From Pseudonocardia sp. (lineage in GTDB: Bacteria > Actinomycetota > Actinomycetes > Mycobacteriales > Pseudonocardiaceae): DNA of 64,000 nt. How positions within the stretch are numbered: the first letter of the stretch is position 1; each line of letters starts with the position of its first letter. The stretch is from positions 396 through 64,395 of the forward strand of contig DASWUV010000086.1 of assembly GCA_036401495.1 (NCBI GenBank), read 5' to 3'. Positions 48,501-58,830 of the stretch are shown here, piece after piece. A model generated the notes under the pieces. That model worked only from the letters and a program-made list of their open reading frames with translations, searched no databases and was not told the origin of the DNA. A program made the translations under genes and the position numbers.

Positions 48501-48796
48501 GGGTCCTCGTCGACCCCCTGTGCGCCACCTGCGCTGACTCCGGCCGCGGCCACCGCTTCGGCCACGACCGCGGCGGGTGAGCGGAAGGCGATCCCCGCGC
48601 ACACGCCGTCGCCGTCGGGTGCGCCCAGGTGGTGCGACAGCCGCTGCGCGAGCCACCGCTCGACGCCCTTGGCGGGCACCGCGACGACCTCGGCCGCGAA
48701 CGGGTCGGCCAGGGGGCGGGCGAGCACATCGGCCAGTGCGTCGGCGAGCACGTCGGCCCGCTCCGCCCGGTGCACGTGCACGCCCACTGTGGTCAT
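45545..48796 (-). CDS. recC: Exodeoxyribonuclease V gamma subunit RecC
   Basis: About 1080 aa with the N-terminal VVAVPAKGVERWLAQRLSH motif. Its position upstream of recB-recD fits. The track ORF is trimmed to the ATG at 48796. Confidence 0.85.
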   Translation of the reverse strand: MTTVGVHVHRAERADVLADALADVLARPLADPFAAEVVAVPAKGVERWLAQRLSHHLGAPDGDGVCAGIAFRSPAAVVAEAVAAAGVSAGGAQGVDEDPWRPERAVWPLLEVLDSGVDEPWCAPLRAHRSRRHALARRMAELFSAYATHRPELLRGWAAGVDGVDPDLAWQPELWRRLRTRIGAPDPTERVEAACAALRADPEAVALPERLSLFGPTRLAAQELAVLAALAVHREVHLWLPHPSPALWARVQPCGVPPRDADPSAAAAAHPLLSSLGRDVREMQVRLAAALPGARDQHHPRPDPPATLLGRLQRDLRDDHPPDGTFVPAAGDHSLQVHACHGLDRQVEVLREAVIGLLAADPTLEPRDILVMCPDIEAFAPLISASFGPGAHPAQALPVRLADRALRQVNPLLDVVSRLLELADARLTASQVLDLLAAGPVRTRFALDDGDLERLRELAVESGVRWGFDAAHRRPFKLESFGQNTWSSGLDRLLLGVAMSGDEHTWLGTALPAAVEPGDTARLGRLAEFVERLEGVLARLTGEQPLAQWASTLAAALDLLTATSTSDAWQAGQARAELAEAAHTAGPYTASVPLGLADVRSLLAERLRGRPTRAGFRTGTLTVATLVPMRSVPHRVVCLLGLDDGVFPRAGAADGDDVLARHPLVGERDVRSEDRQLLLDAIMAATETLVVVHSGADERTGLRRPPAVPLGELLDAVAATAPSTTVVIRHPLQPFDARNFAAHTPFSFDRTELAGARAAAGPRSAPPPFVPAPLPPTPPGAVSLDDLVAFLEQPVKGFLTQRVGLSLFAGDDAPADALPVAPDGLATWAIGHRLLADRLAGRDLDRCRQAEWRRGELPPGALGDALLARVLEDVEPLVAAAAEYRTGDPADRDVDLEPAEGARVFGTVGGLYGQTALRVEYSRLTPKQRIRSWVRLLALTASSGEPWQAVTIGRGERFGIARSVVGPVAPADAREVVAELVALRAEGLCAPLPLSALTGNTYARVRQGGASAADALDEAARAWTNGAGAERADAAHERVWGRAAPASVLTAEPGPPGGEPTRFGTLALRLWRPLLQTEELVRR

Positions 48797-49053
48797 GGCC
48801 GCCACGGTAGGGGCACCCACCGACAGTCCTGGCGGCCGGTCCGAACGATCACCGACCGTAAGTGCTCCGGCGAGAGAACACGATCGTGCTATCCCGTCGC
48901 CGTGCGGATAACGGCAGGGTGGGCGGCACGCGATCAGCGGGTGAGCGACGCACGCAGGAGGCGGACATGTATGACGCAGGATCTGAAGCACTTGCCGGAC
49001 CGGTGGTGCCCGCGCAGCGCGGTGTGCGCGACGCGGCCCGCGGTGAGGTGCTG

Positions 49054-49353
49054 ATGCGTCACGCCCGCCTCGCGGCCAGTGGCAAGCCGGTGTTCTGCAC
49101 CCCGAGCCGTGCGGAGATCGACGGTCTGGTCGCCCCTCGCGCGGGTCGCGGCACCGACGGCAAGGTCATCTACTCGACGCGGGAGGCTGCGGAGGCCGCT
49201 GCTCGGGAGCTGGAGACGCTCGGGTCGCGCTGCTTGCGGCCTTACCGGTGTGGTCGGTCGCGGCGCGGCCACTTCCACCTCACCACCGACTCCACCTCCC
49301 GCACGGCCCTCCCGATCCACCTGCGCGTCCCCGAGCAGCGCCTGTCCGCCTGA
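49054..49353 (+). CDS. Hypothetical small protein
   Basis: GC3 rises after the ATG at 49054, which has a GAGGTG RBS. The upstream part of the track ORF has poor GC3. Confidence 0.45.
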   Translation: MRHARLAASGKPVFCTPSRAEIDGLVAPRAGRGTDGKVIYSTREAAEAAARELETLGSRCLRPYRCGRSRRGHFHLTTDSTSRTALPIHLRVPEQRLSA

Positions 49354-49386
49354 CGGTCGCGGCGGCGGTGCGGCGAGGCGGGGCGG

Positions 49387-49461
49387 GGGCTCGCACACAC
49401 CGCGTGTAGCGCGCACACACTGCGCAACCTGTGTGTGAGCCCCGCGCGATGTGTGTGAGCC
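49387..49461. repeat. Nested-palindrome intergenic repeat (copy 2 of 3)
   Basis: GGGCTCGCACACAC-N-GCGCGCACACA-CTGCGCAA-CCTGTGTGTGAGCC-N-ATGTGTGTGAGCC. Confidence 0.75.
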
Positions 49462-49507
49462 GCCGCCCGGACGCCACCGCGCGCACATCCGCCCGCTGCG
49501 CCGCCCC

Positions 49508-49583
49508 ACGTCGCACACACCTTGGGGAGCTCGCGCACATTGCCCAACATGTGTGTGAGCCCCACGCGGTGTGTGTGAGCCCG
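49508..49583. repeat. Nested-palindrome intergenic repeat (copy 3 of 3)
   Basis: ACGTCGCACACAC-N-GAGCTCGCGCACA-TTGCCCAA-CATGTGTGTGAGCC-N-GTGTGTGTGAGCCC. Lies about 121 bp after copy 2. Confidence 0.75.
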
Positions 49584-49649
49584 CTGCCCCGCCCGCCGCG
49601 CCGCCCCGCACACGCCGCGCCCAGGCCGTCGGGGTGGCAGGCTTACCGC

Positions 49650-51281
<1,632 letters not shown>

Positions 51282-51304
51282 GGTGGGCGGCTGAGGTCAC
51301 GCCG

Positions 51305-51348
51305 CTCGTGCACGGAAGGCCTGCGGGGGCAGGCCCCCCGCGCACGAG
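51305..51348 (+). terminator. Compound GC-rich stem-loop after pgm
   Basis: Outer stem CTCGTGCACGG / CCGCGCACGAG with one mismatch, enclosing an inner hairpin GGCCTG-CGGGGG-CAGGCC. Confidence 0.5.
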
Positions 51349-51486
51349 TGTCTCGCGTTCCGCCACCGTCGGAGGTCCGGGCACGGACACCCGGCGACGC
51401 CGGAGCTTTCGTTACGGCCGGTTGACCGTCTCGCTGACTGAATCGGCGGCAGGCCGTGATTCGTTGCCTGGCGCGGCCGAGGTTCG

Positions 51487-53151
51487 TCAGAAACGGTGAA
51501 TTTCGACGGGCGGGTGGGTGGGTGCCGCGCGATGCGCAGGCCTGCGCGGCCGCGGGCTTTCCCGTCCCGGCGTCCCGGTGCCGGTCTGGGCCAAGGCGTA
51601 CAGCGCCAGCTCGCGGTGCGCGGCGTCCTCGGCGCGCTGCAGGTAGCGCAGCACCTCCTGAGCGGCGCTGCGGCGCGGGCGGGCCGCCACCCACGCCGTC
51701 AGCTCCGCCTCGGCGACGGCGCGGCCAAGGGGCACGCAGCGCACGCAGACGTACTCGATGTCCTCCTCGGCGAGCTCGCCGACCAGCGGCGCGTGCACGC
51801 CGGACTCGACGAGCATCTCGCGCACGGCCCACAGCCCGATCGGGGTGAGCCCGACCATCGTCGGGTCGGGATCGTCGCGGCCTGCGAGCTCGATGAGCGC
51901 CTGGTGGACCTCGCCCTCGTCCGCGCTGCTCTCGCCGAGGTGCACGGCGCCCAGCAGCTCCAGCGCGTCGAGCAGCGCCGTGACGTCGCGGCGCCACAGC
52001 CGCTGCTCCACGTCGCCTGCGAGGTCGTCGACGACGCACCCCATCCGCGCGTTGACGGTCTCGCGCACGGCGCGGTGGAACCGCTCCACCGGGATCAGTT
52101 CCCCGCCCGCCGCGTACAGCAGGGTGAGCAGCATCGGGAACGCCTCGCCGAGGCTCATCCCGAACAGCGACGGTGCTCCGAACACGTTCGAGCCGCCGAA
52201 GTGGTCGCCGATCCCACCGACCGCCTCGAAGGCGCGCTTCCACATCTCGATGGGCCGCGACAGCAGCGGCGCCGCGCTCTTGACCGGCACCAGCCGCCCG
52301 TGCACGACCCGCACGAACCGCGCCTGGCGTGCCCAGCTGAGCAGCAGCATGATCTCGGGCAGCTCGTCGCCCGAGCGGGCCCGCGCACGCGAGAAGTGGT
52401 CGAGGTCGAGCGCTTCGGCGACCGCGCGGGCATCCTCGAGCATCAGCCGCCCGTCACGGGTCAGCGAACGGCCCGCGCGCACCCAACGGGTGAAGGCGCG
52501 CAGCCGGGCCAGCCCGACCGACGAGTCGGCGGCGGCCAGCATCGCCGCCGCTCCGGGCAGCAACACCGGTGGAAGCGGACGGGGCAGTGGCTCCGGCGCG
52601 GCGCGGACCTCGCGGTGGGTGATGTCGCGCAGCGCGGCGCGGTCGATCTCCAGTTCGCCCGCGTGGACCTGCTGGAGGAACCGGGCCACGGCCGCAGGGT
52701 CGGCGGTCGGCACGCCGTTGCGCAGCATCTGCACCGCCCAGAACGTGCCGAGATCGTGGTTGCGCTCGTCGTCCATGGCGTCGTGCAGCGCCGGTGTCGA
52801 GTCGCCGACCTGCGCGTGCAGCCGCTCGGGCAGGTCGGAAAGGGAGTCGAGCCATTCGCGCTCGGCGAGGAAGCCGATCAGTGCGTGCAGCGCGGCAGGC
52901 ACCGCGTCGCGGTCGTCCTCGAGCAGCGCCACGGTGCGGGGAAACCACACGGCGAGCGCCTCGGCGACATGGCCGCGCGTCCAGTGGCCGAGTCGCCCGT
53001 CGACGCTGTGCTTGTGGTCCAGCCCTGCCGCGACGAGTGACGGCTCGACCTGCATCCCGCGCCTGCGCGCCCAGGCCACGATGTGCAGCCGGAGGCGATC
53101 CCGGACGACCGCGTAGGCGTCGAGATCGTCGGGGCCGAACACGAGTTGCAC
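51487..53151 (-). CDS. Large hypothetical protein (554 aa), no recognised domain
   Basis: Uniform high GC3 and non-repetitive helical composition. Confidence 0.6.
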   Translation of the reverse strand: MQLVFGPDDLDAYAVVRDRLRLHIVAWARRRGMQVEPSLVAAGLDHKHSVDGRLGHWTRGHVAEALAVWFPRTVALLEDDRDAVPAALHALIGFLAEREWLDSLSDLPERLHAQVGDSTPALHDAMDDERNHDLGTFWAVQMLRNGVPTADPAAVARFLQQVHAGELEIDRAALRDITHREVRAAPEPLPRPLPPVLLPGAAAMLAAADSSVGLARLRAFTRWVRAGRSLTRDGRLMLEDARAVAEALDLDHFSRARARSGDELPEIMLLLSWARQARFVRVVHGRLVPVKSAAPLLSRPIEMWKRAFEAVGGIGDHFGGSNVFGAPSLFGMSLGEAFPMLLTLLYAAGGELIPVERFHRAVRETVNARMGCVVDDLAGDVEQRLWRRDVTALLDALELLGAVHLGESSADEGEVHQALIELAGRDDPDPTMVGLTPIGLWAVREMLVESGVHAPLVGELAEEDIEYVCVRCVPLGRAVAEAELTAWVAARPRRSAAQEVLRYLQRAEDAAHRELALYALAQTGTGTPGRESPRPRRPAHRAAPTHPPVEIHRF

Positions 53152-53276
53152 CCGAGCACCTTGCCGGCCCGAAGGCGTCCGCGGCGAGCGGGGGTCGCCC
53201 GTGTGGGGGGTCGATACGGGTGGTACGCGCAGGCCCTGGCGGTACGGTCGGCAGGAGGCGGCCGAGGGGAGACGAC

Positions 53277-54233
53277 GTGCGAGCGGTGCAGGTGGTGCGG
53301 CTGGACGGGCCCGCAGCGGTCGAGGTGCGCGACGTGCCGGAGCCGGAGCGCGGGCCGGATCAGGTGTTGGTCGAGGTCCGCGCGGCGGGGGTGAACTTCC
53401 CCGACGTCCTGCAGACGAGGGGCCTCTACCAGTACAAGCCGGAGCTGCCCTTCACCCTCGGTGGCGAGGCCGCGGGCGTGGTGCGCGAGGCGCCGGACGG
53501 CTCCCCGGTGCAGGCGGGTGACCGGGTCGTGGTCTTCACGTCCACGGGAGCGTTCAGCGAGGTGCTGGCGGCCTCGCCGGACACCGTGCTGCCGCTGCCG
53601 GACGACGTCGGGTTGGAGGCGGGCGCGGGCCTTCCGCTCAACTACCTCACGGCGCAGTTCGCGTTGGTGGTTCGCGGACATCTGCGGGCGAACGAGGCCG
53701 TGCTCGTGCACGGCGCGGCAGGCGGGGTCGGCACCGCGTGCGTGCAGTTGGCCGCCGCGCTCGGCGCCACGGTGATCGCGGTCGTGTCCAGCGACGCCAA
53801 GGCCGAGGTCGCCAGGGCCGCGGGCGCCGCGCACACGGTGCCCGTCGAGGGTTTCCGCGACGCCGTGAAGGCGCTGGGCGGGGTGGACGTCGTCGTCGAT
53901 CCCGTCGGCGGCGACCGCTTCACCGACTCCCTGCGCTGCCTGCGTCCCTTGGGCAGGCTGCTCGTGGTCGGGTTCACGGCGGGCGAGATCCCGACGGTCA
54001 AGGTCAACCGGCTCCTGCTCAACAACGTCGATGTCGTCGGCGTCGGCTGGGGCGCGTACGCCCTGAGCAGGCCCGGCTATCCGGCAGGCCAGTGGTCCGC
54101 GCTCCTGCCGCACATCCGGTCCGGCGCGCTGGACCCGCCGATCGGCGGGCGGTTCCCGTTGGGGAAGACGTCCGAGGCGCTCGCCACGATCGACGAGCGC
54201 CGGGTGTTGGGGAAGATCATTCTGACGCCGTGA
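53277..54233 (+). CDS. NADPH:quinone oxidoreductase (MDR/zeta-crystallin family)
   Basis: EVRAAGVNFPDVLQTRGLYQ and the VLVHGAAGGVG cofactor motif. GTG start at 53277. Confidence 0.85.
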   Translation: MRAVQVVRLDGPAAVEVRDVPEPERGPDQVLVEVRAAGVNFPDVLQTRGLYQYKPELPFTLGGEAAGVVREAPDGSPVQAGDRVVVFTSTGAFSEVLAASPDTVLPLPDDVGLEAGAGLPLNYLTAQFALVVRGHLRANEAVLVHGAAGGVGTACVQLAAALGATVIAVVSSDAKAEVARAAGAAHTVPVEGFRDAVKALGGVDVVVDPVGGDRFTDSLRCLRPLGRLLVVGFTAGEIPTVKVNRLLLNNVDVVGVGWGAYALSRPGYPAGQWSALLPHIRSGALDPPIGGRFPLGKTSEALATIDERRVLGKIILTP

Positions 54234-54321
54234 GGTGCACGGCGCCCGCACCCGGTCTGCGGGGACGGCCGAGCGCCCCGCGGCACGTGCTCGGCCCGGC
54301 GCCAATGTCCGCAGGCGCTTG

Positions 54322-55644
54322 TCAGGCGCGCCAGCCCGCTTCGTCGACGCCGCCGGGGACCGGTGCGGCGGCGTCGTAGGGCGTGCGGGTGAAGAGGAAC
54401 GTCGCGAGGTCGAGCGCCGTCGGGCCCAGCCGCAGCGTCTCGCCCGCGAAGTAGCCGTCCAGGCCGACCCAGGTGCCGTCCGGGCGGGCCCGGAACCGCG
54501 AGGCGCGCCCGGGGCGCCCCAGTCCGCCCAGGTGCAGCAGGCCGCCGGGGATCGCGCGCAGCACGTAGGGGGAAGGGCCCCAGAACCACGGCCCGAGCAG
54601 CTCCACCGGCACCGGCACCGGCGACGGCGTCCAGGCGTCGACGATCCGCGGCTCGGCGGCGCGCAGGTCGGCCAGCAGCCCGGCGGGCAGCGCGTTGTCC
54701 AGCCCCGCGGTCGTGTTGGCCAACGCGAGTGCTCCGGTGGCTTCCTCGCGGTCGACCCACAGACCGGCGAGAAATCCCGGCATCGAGCCGCCGTGCCCGA
54801 CCAGCGTGACCCCGTCGCGGCGCTGGACCTGCACCCCCAGCCCGTACGACGACCAGCCGGGGTCGGCGGCGTCGATGCCCGCGGGCAGCGTCATCTCCTC
54901 GACGGTGTCGGGGGAGAGCACGCCGCCGGTGTCGCCGAGCAGGAAGGCGCCGAGCCGGGCGAGGTCGGTGGCCGTCGCCCAGAGCTGGCCCGCGGGGGCC
55001 ATCACCCCCGCGTCGTGCTCGGGCTCGGGCAGGACGACGTCGGCCCACGGATGCACGGCCGTGCCCGCGGCGGCCACCCCCCTGGGCCGCTCTGTCGTGC
55101 GTGTCATGCCGAGCGGCAGCAGCACCTCGGCGCGGGCGACCTCGGCCCACGCCCTGCCGCGCACACGGGCCACCAGCTCGCCCAGCAGCCCGAACCCGAG
55201 GTTGGAGTAGTGGAAGCGACGCGCCGCGGGCAGGACGACGTCGGCGTCGGTCAGGCCGAGACCGGACAGGGTGGTGCCCGGCGTGCGCTCCCACCACCCG
55301 CCGGGGCTCTCCGACCCGGCCCCGCCGAGGTGCGAGAGCAGCTGGCCCAGCGTCCGGTCGCCCAGTGGTGTGCCGGGCAGGTGGCGCTCCAGCGGGTCGC
55401 CGAGGTCGAGCGCCCCCGCGTCGCGCAGCCGCAGGACGGTGATCGCCGTGACGGTCTTGGTGATCGACCCGAGCCGGTACTGGACGTCGGCGTGGTCCGC
55501 GCCGACTGCGCCCCGACCCGCCGACCACACCAGGCGGGAGTCCCGGAGCACCCCCGCGACCAGCGAAGGCACGCGACCGTCGCGCTGGGCTCTTGCGGTA
55601 CGGGCGAGCAGCGTGCGGGCGGTGGACGGCAGCAGATCACTCAC
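54322..55644 (-). CDS. Serine hydrolase (beta-lactamase/class C family) with C-terminal extension
   Basis: The SxxK motif in YRLGSITKTVTA and a YSN motif (FHYSNLG). GTG start at 55644; ATG at 55698 is an alternative. Confidence 0.75.
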   Translation of the reverse strand: MSDLLPSTARTLLARTARAQRDGRVPSLVAGVLRDSRLVWSAGRGAVGADHADVQYRLGSITKTVTAITVLRLRDAGALDLGDPLERHLPGTPLGDRTLGQLLSHLGGAGSESPGGWWERTPGTTLSGLGLTDADVVLPAARRFHYSNLGFGLLGELVARVRGRAWAEVARAEVLLPLGMTRTTERPRGVAAAGTAVHPWADVVLPEPEHDAGVMAPAGQLWATATDLARLGAFLLGDTGGVLSPDTVEEMTLPAGIDAADPGWSSYGLGVQVQRRDGVTLVGHGGSMPGFLAGLWVDREEATGALALANTTAGLDNALPAGLLADLRAAEPRIVDAWTPSPVPVPVELLGPWFWGPSPYVLRAIPGGLLHLGGLGRPGRASRFRARPDGTWVGLDGYFAGETLRLGPTALDLATFLFTRTPYDAAAPVPGGVDEAGWRA

Positions 55645-55669
55645 CGCGCCCACGCTAGGCCCGCGCTGC

Positions 55670-56572
55670 TCAGGGTCCAGACGGTTCCTCGCCGTCATGA
55701 CCCGCCAGGAACTTCTCCACCTCGGCGGCGAGCTCGTCCGCGCTCGGCAGGTCGTCGGACATGCCGGATGCCCGTCCGGCCGTGACCGCGTCGTACTGGC
55801 GCTCCAACGCGTCGACGACCTGGCGCACCTCCTCCGATGCCGCGACCTGCTCGTCGATCTCCTTCTCCGCACGTTCGGCGGCCGTCGACAGCGCCTCGGT
55901 GGACAGGTAGAGCCCGGCCGCCATCCCGACGTGGTCGACCAGCACGCGCGCCGCCTGCGGGTACTCCGCCCGCGCCAGGTAGTGCGGCACGTGCACGGCG
56001 AATCCCATCGCGTCGTGGCCCGCCTCGCCCAGCCGCAGCTCCATCAGGGCCACGGCGCTGCCGGGCACGTCGGCCGCGGTGAACCAGGCCTCGTGGCCTT
56101 CCGTCAGCTCACGGCGGGTGCCGTGGGCGGTGACGCCGATCGGGCGGGTGTGCGGCACGGCCATCGGAATGGCCGTCAGGTTGATCACCATGCGCACCCC
56201 GAACCGCTCGACGATCTGGCCGACGGCGGCGGAGAACCGTTCCCACTGCGAGTCCGGCTCAGGCCCGGCGAGCAGCAGGAACTCGGTGTCGGCGGCGTCG
56301 TTCAACGCCACCACCTCGAGGTTCGGGGAGGAGTAGGACGCCCAGTGGTCGGTGTCGAACCGCAGCGGGGGGCGGCGGGACCGGTAGTCGATGAGCTGGT
56401 CGACGTCGAAGCGCGCCACCGTGCGCACGTCCCGGCCGTCCCGCAGCGCGTCGACGGCCAGCCGTGCGGCGTTGCCGGCGTCCACGAACCCGTCCAGCGC
56501 CACGACCAGCACCATCCCGGCAGATGGGCCGTCCGCCTCGGTCACCTCGTAAAGCTCGGCGGGTTCCAGCAC
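55670..56572 (-). CDS. PAC2 (proteasome assembly chaperone 2-like) family protein
   Basis: LYEV...MVLVVALDGFVDAGNA ... DQLIDYRSRRP pattern. Start at GTG 56572, or at 56623. Confidence 0.7.
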   Translation of the reverse strand: MLEPAELYEVTEADGPSAGMVLVVALDGFVDAGNAARLAVDALRDGRDVRTVARFDVDQLIDYRSRRPPLRFDTDHWASYSSPNLEVVALNDAADTEFLLLAGPEPDSQWERFSAAVGQIVERFGVRMVINLTAIPMAVPHTRPIGVTAHGTRRELTEGHEAWFTAADVPGSAVALMELRLGEAGHDAMGFAVHVPHYLARAEYPQAARVLVDHVGMAAGLYLSTEALSTAAERAEKEIDEQVAASEEVRQVVDALERQYDAVTAGRASGMSDDLPSADELAAEVEKFLAGHDGEEPSGP

Positions 56573-56661
56573 CGCGCACCTCCGTCCTTTGGCAGCTGCA
56601 ACGTGAGACTGCCCGCACAGCATCCCGTTCCGGGCCAGGAAGGCGCACCATTGGGTACGCG

Positions 56662-57954
56662 ATGAACGAATCTAGTGCTCCACGCGGCGGTCCCTGGGTG
56701 ATCTGGGCGGTCGGTCTCGTCGCCTACGTCGTGGGTGTGATGCAGCGCACCTCGCTCGGCGTCGCCGGGTTGGACGCCGCGGCCCGGTTCCACGCAGGCC
56801 CCGCGGCGCTGTCCGGCTTCGTCGTCCTGCAGCTGCTGGTCTACGCGAGCCTGCAAGTGCCTGCCGGCGTGCTGCTCGACCGCTTCGGAGCGCGCGTCCT
56901 CGTGGTCGCGGGCGCCGTGATCATGGCGGCCGGGCAGCTGTTGCTCGCCGTGGCGACGGCACTCCCGTTGGCGATCTCCGCGCGGCTGCTCGTCGGTGCG
57001 GGGGACGCGTTGACGTTCATCAGCGTGCTCTCGGTGATCGGGGCGTGGTTCCCGGCCCGGCGGGTGCCGTTGATGACCCAGCTCACCGGCCTGATCGGGC
57101 AGCTGGGGCAGGTGCTGTCGGCCATTCCGCTCGCCGCGCTGCTGCACGGCTCGGGATGGGGGACGGCGTTCGCGAGTGCCGCGGCGCTGGGGCTGGCCGT
57201 CGCGGTGGCGGTGGCGGCCGTGCTCCGCAACCGGCCGCCGGGAGCTCCCGTGCCACCGCCCGCCGCCACACCGCGGGAGGTGCTCGACGGGCTCGCGCAC
57301 TCGTGGCGGGAGCCCGGGACCCGGCTGGGCCTGTGGACGCACACGGGCACCCAGTTCTCCGGCACGGTGTTCGCCCTGCTCTGGGGCGTGCCCTACCTCG
57401 TCGCGGGCCAGGGCTTCACGCCTGCCGAGGCGAGCGCGCTGCTGACGCTGCTGGTCGCCGTCGGAATCCTGGCCGGACCGCTGTTCGGCGAGTTCACCGC
57501 GCGCCACCCGCTGCGGCGTTCGTGGCTGGTGCTCACCGTGATCGCTGCGACCGCCGCGACGTGGACGGCCGTGCTCGCCACGCCGCCGCCCGCACCGCGC
57601 TGGCTGCTGGTGCTGCTGGTCGTCGTCCTCGCCTTCGGCGCGCCCGGATCGATGATCGGGTTCGACTACGCGCGGACGTTCAATCCCGGCCACCGCCACG
57701 GCACCGCCGTCGGCATCGTCAACATCGGCGGCTTCACCGCGTCGCTGTTGGTGGCGCTGGGGGTCGGGGTGCTGCTCGGGCCCGGCGGCTACACGCCCGA
57801 GGGGTTCCGGGTGGCGTGGTGCGTGCAGTACGTCGTGTGGGCGGTCGCCCTCGCGGGGGTGCTCGTCGCGCGGCGGAACGCCCGGCGCAAGCTCGCAGCG
57901 GAAGGGGTGCAGGTCCCGCCGCTGCGGGAGGTGCTCGCCCGGCGCCGTCGGTGA
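56662..57954 (+). CDS. MFS transporter
   Basis: A 12-TM profile with GVLLDRFGAR (MFS motif A). Confidence 0.8.
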   Translation: MNESSAPRGGPWVIWAVGLVAYVVGVMQRTSLGVAGLDAAARFHAGPAALSGFVVLQLLVYASLQVPAGVLLDRFGARVLVVAGAVIMAAGQLLLAVATALPLAISARLLVGAGDALTFISVLSVIGAWFPARRVPLMTQLTGLIGQLGQVLSAIPLAALLHGSGWGTAFASAAALGLAVAVAVAAVLRNRPPGAPVPPPAATPREVLDGLAHSWREPGTRLGLWTHTGTQFSGTVFALLWGVPYLVAGQGFTPAEASALLTLLVAVGILAGPLFGEFTARHPLRRSWLVLTVIAATAATWTAVLATPPPAPRWLLVLLVVVLAFGAPGSMIGFDYARTFNPGHRHGTAVGIVNIGGFTASLLVALGVGVLLGPGGYTPEGFRVAWCVQYVVWAVALAGVLVARRNARRKLAAEGVQVPPLREVLARRRR

Positions 57955-58014
57955 TCTTCGTTCCACACCGCCCCGCCATGATCACCCGTTGGTGAAAACA
58001 CTTATCGTCCGGCG

Positions 58015-58830
58015 GTGCGGATCGCGTTCGTCGGCAGAGCGGGTAGCGGGAAGACGACGTGTGCGGCGGTTTTCGGCCGCTACCTCGGCGCGCAGGGCGT
58101 ACCGGTGCTGGCGCTCGACGCCGCCGCCGATCGACGCCTCGGCGCAGCGCTCGGGCTCGCCGGGCCGCTGCCCGGCTGCCCGCGGCTCGACGACCGGGCG
58201 GGCTCGTCCGGGGCACAGGGCCGAGGGGGCCCGCGGATCGTGGACCTCGATCCCGGCGGCGAGCTGATGAGCCGTTACGGGGTCGCCGCGCCCGATGGCG
58301 TGCGGCTGCTCGGCACCGACGCGGTCGAACCGCTTCTCGACCACCTCGTCGACGGCGAGGGGGAGTACGTCGTCCTCGACCTGGCGGCCGAGGCCTACGC
58401 CGTGGGGCAGTTCACCCCGTTCGACCTGACGGTGCTGGTCACCGAGCCGACGCGGCGGGACGTCGGGCTGTACCGCCGGTGTGCCGCCCTGGCCTCCGAA
58501 CACGGCGTCGAGCTGCGGGTGCTGGGGAACAAGATCTCCGACGGTGGACACGCCGCGTGGCTCACCGAGGAGATGGGCGACGCGTTGGTGGGCTGCTTCG
58601 GGCACTCCGCATGGGTCAGGGCGGCGGAGCGCGGCTCGGCTCGATCGGTGAGCGGGCTCGAGCCGGGCAACGTGCTGGCGCTGGCCGCGGTGCGGGAGGC
58701 ATTGGACGCGTGCCGCCGTGCCCTGCCGTCACCGCCCCGGAACGCGCGACAGGGTGACACCGCCGCGACCGGGTCGCAGCGGTGTCACCCTGCTGAGGTG
58801 GTGACGAACTACTCGGCGAGCAGCCGGTAG
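58015..58830 (+). CDS. ParA/MinD/CooC-like P-loop ATPase
   Basis: N-terminal IAFVGRAGSGKTT P-loop. The 3' end overlaps the convergent padR-like gene by 22 bp. Confidence 0.6.
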   Translation: MRIAFVGRAGSGKTTCAAVFGRYLGAQGVPVLALDAAADRRLGAALGLAGPLPGCPRLDDRAGSSGAQGRGGPRIVDLDPGGELMSRYGVAAPDGVRLLGTDAVEPLLDHLVDGEGEYVVLDLAAEAYAVGQFTPFDLTVLVTEPTRRDVGLYRRCAALASEHGVELRVLGNKISDGGHAAWLTEEMGDALVGCFGHSAWVRAAERGSARSVSGLEPGNVLALAAVREALDACRRALPSPPRNARQGDTAATGSQRCHPAEVVTNYSASSR

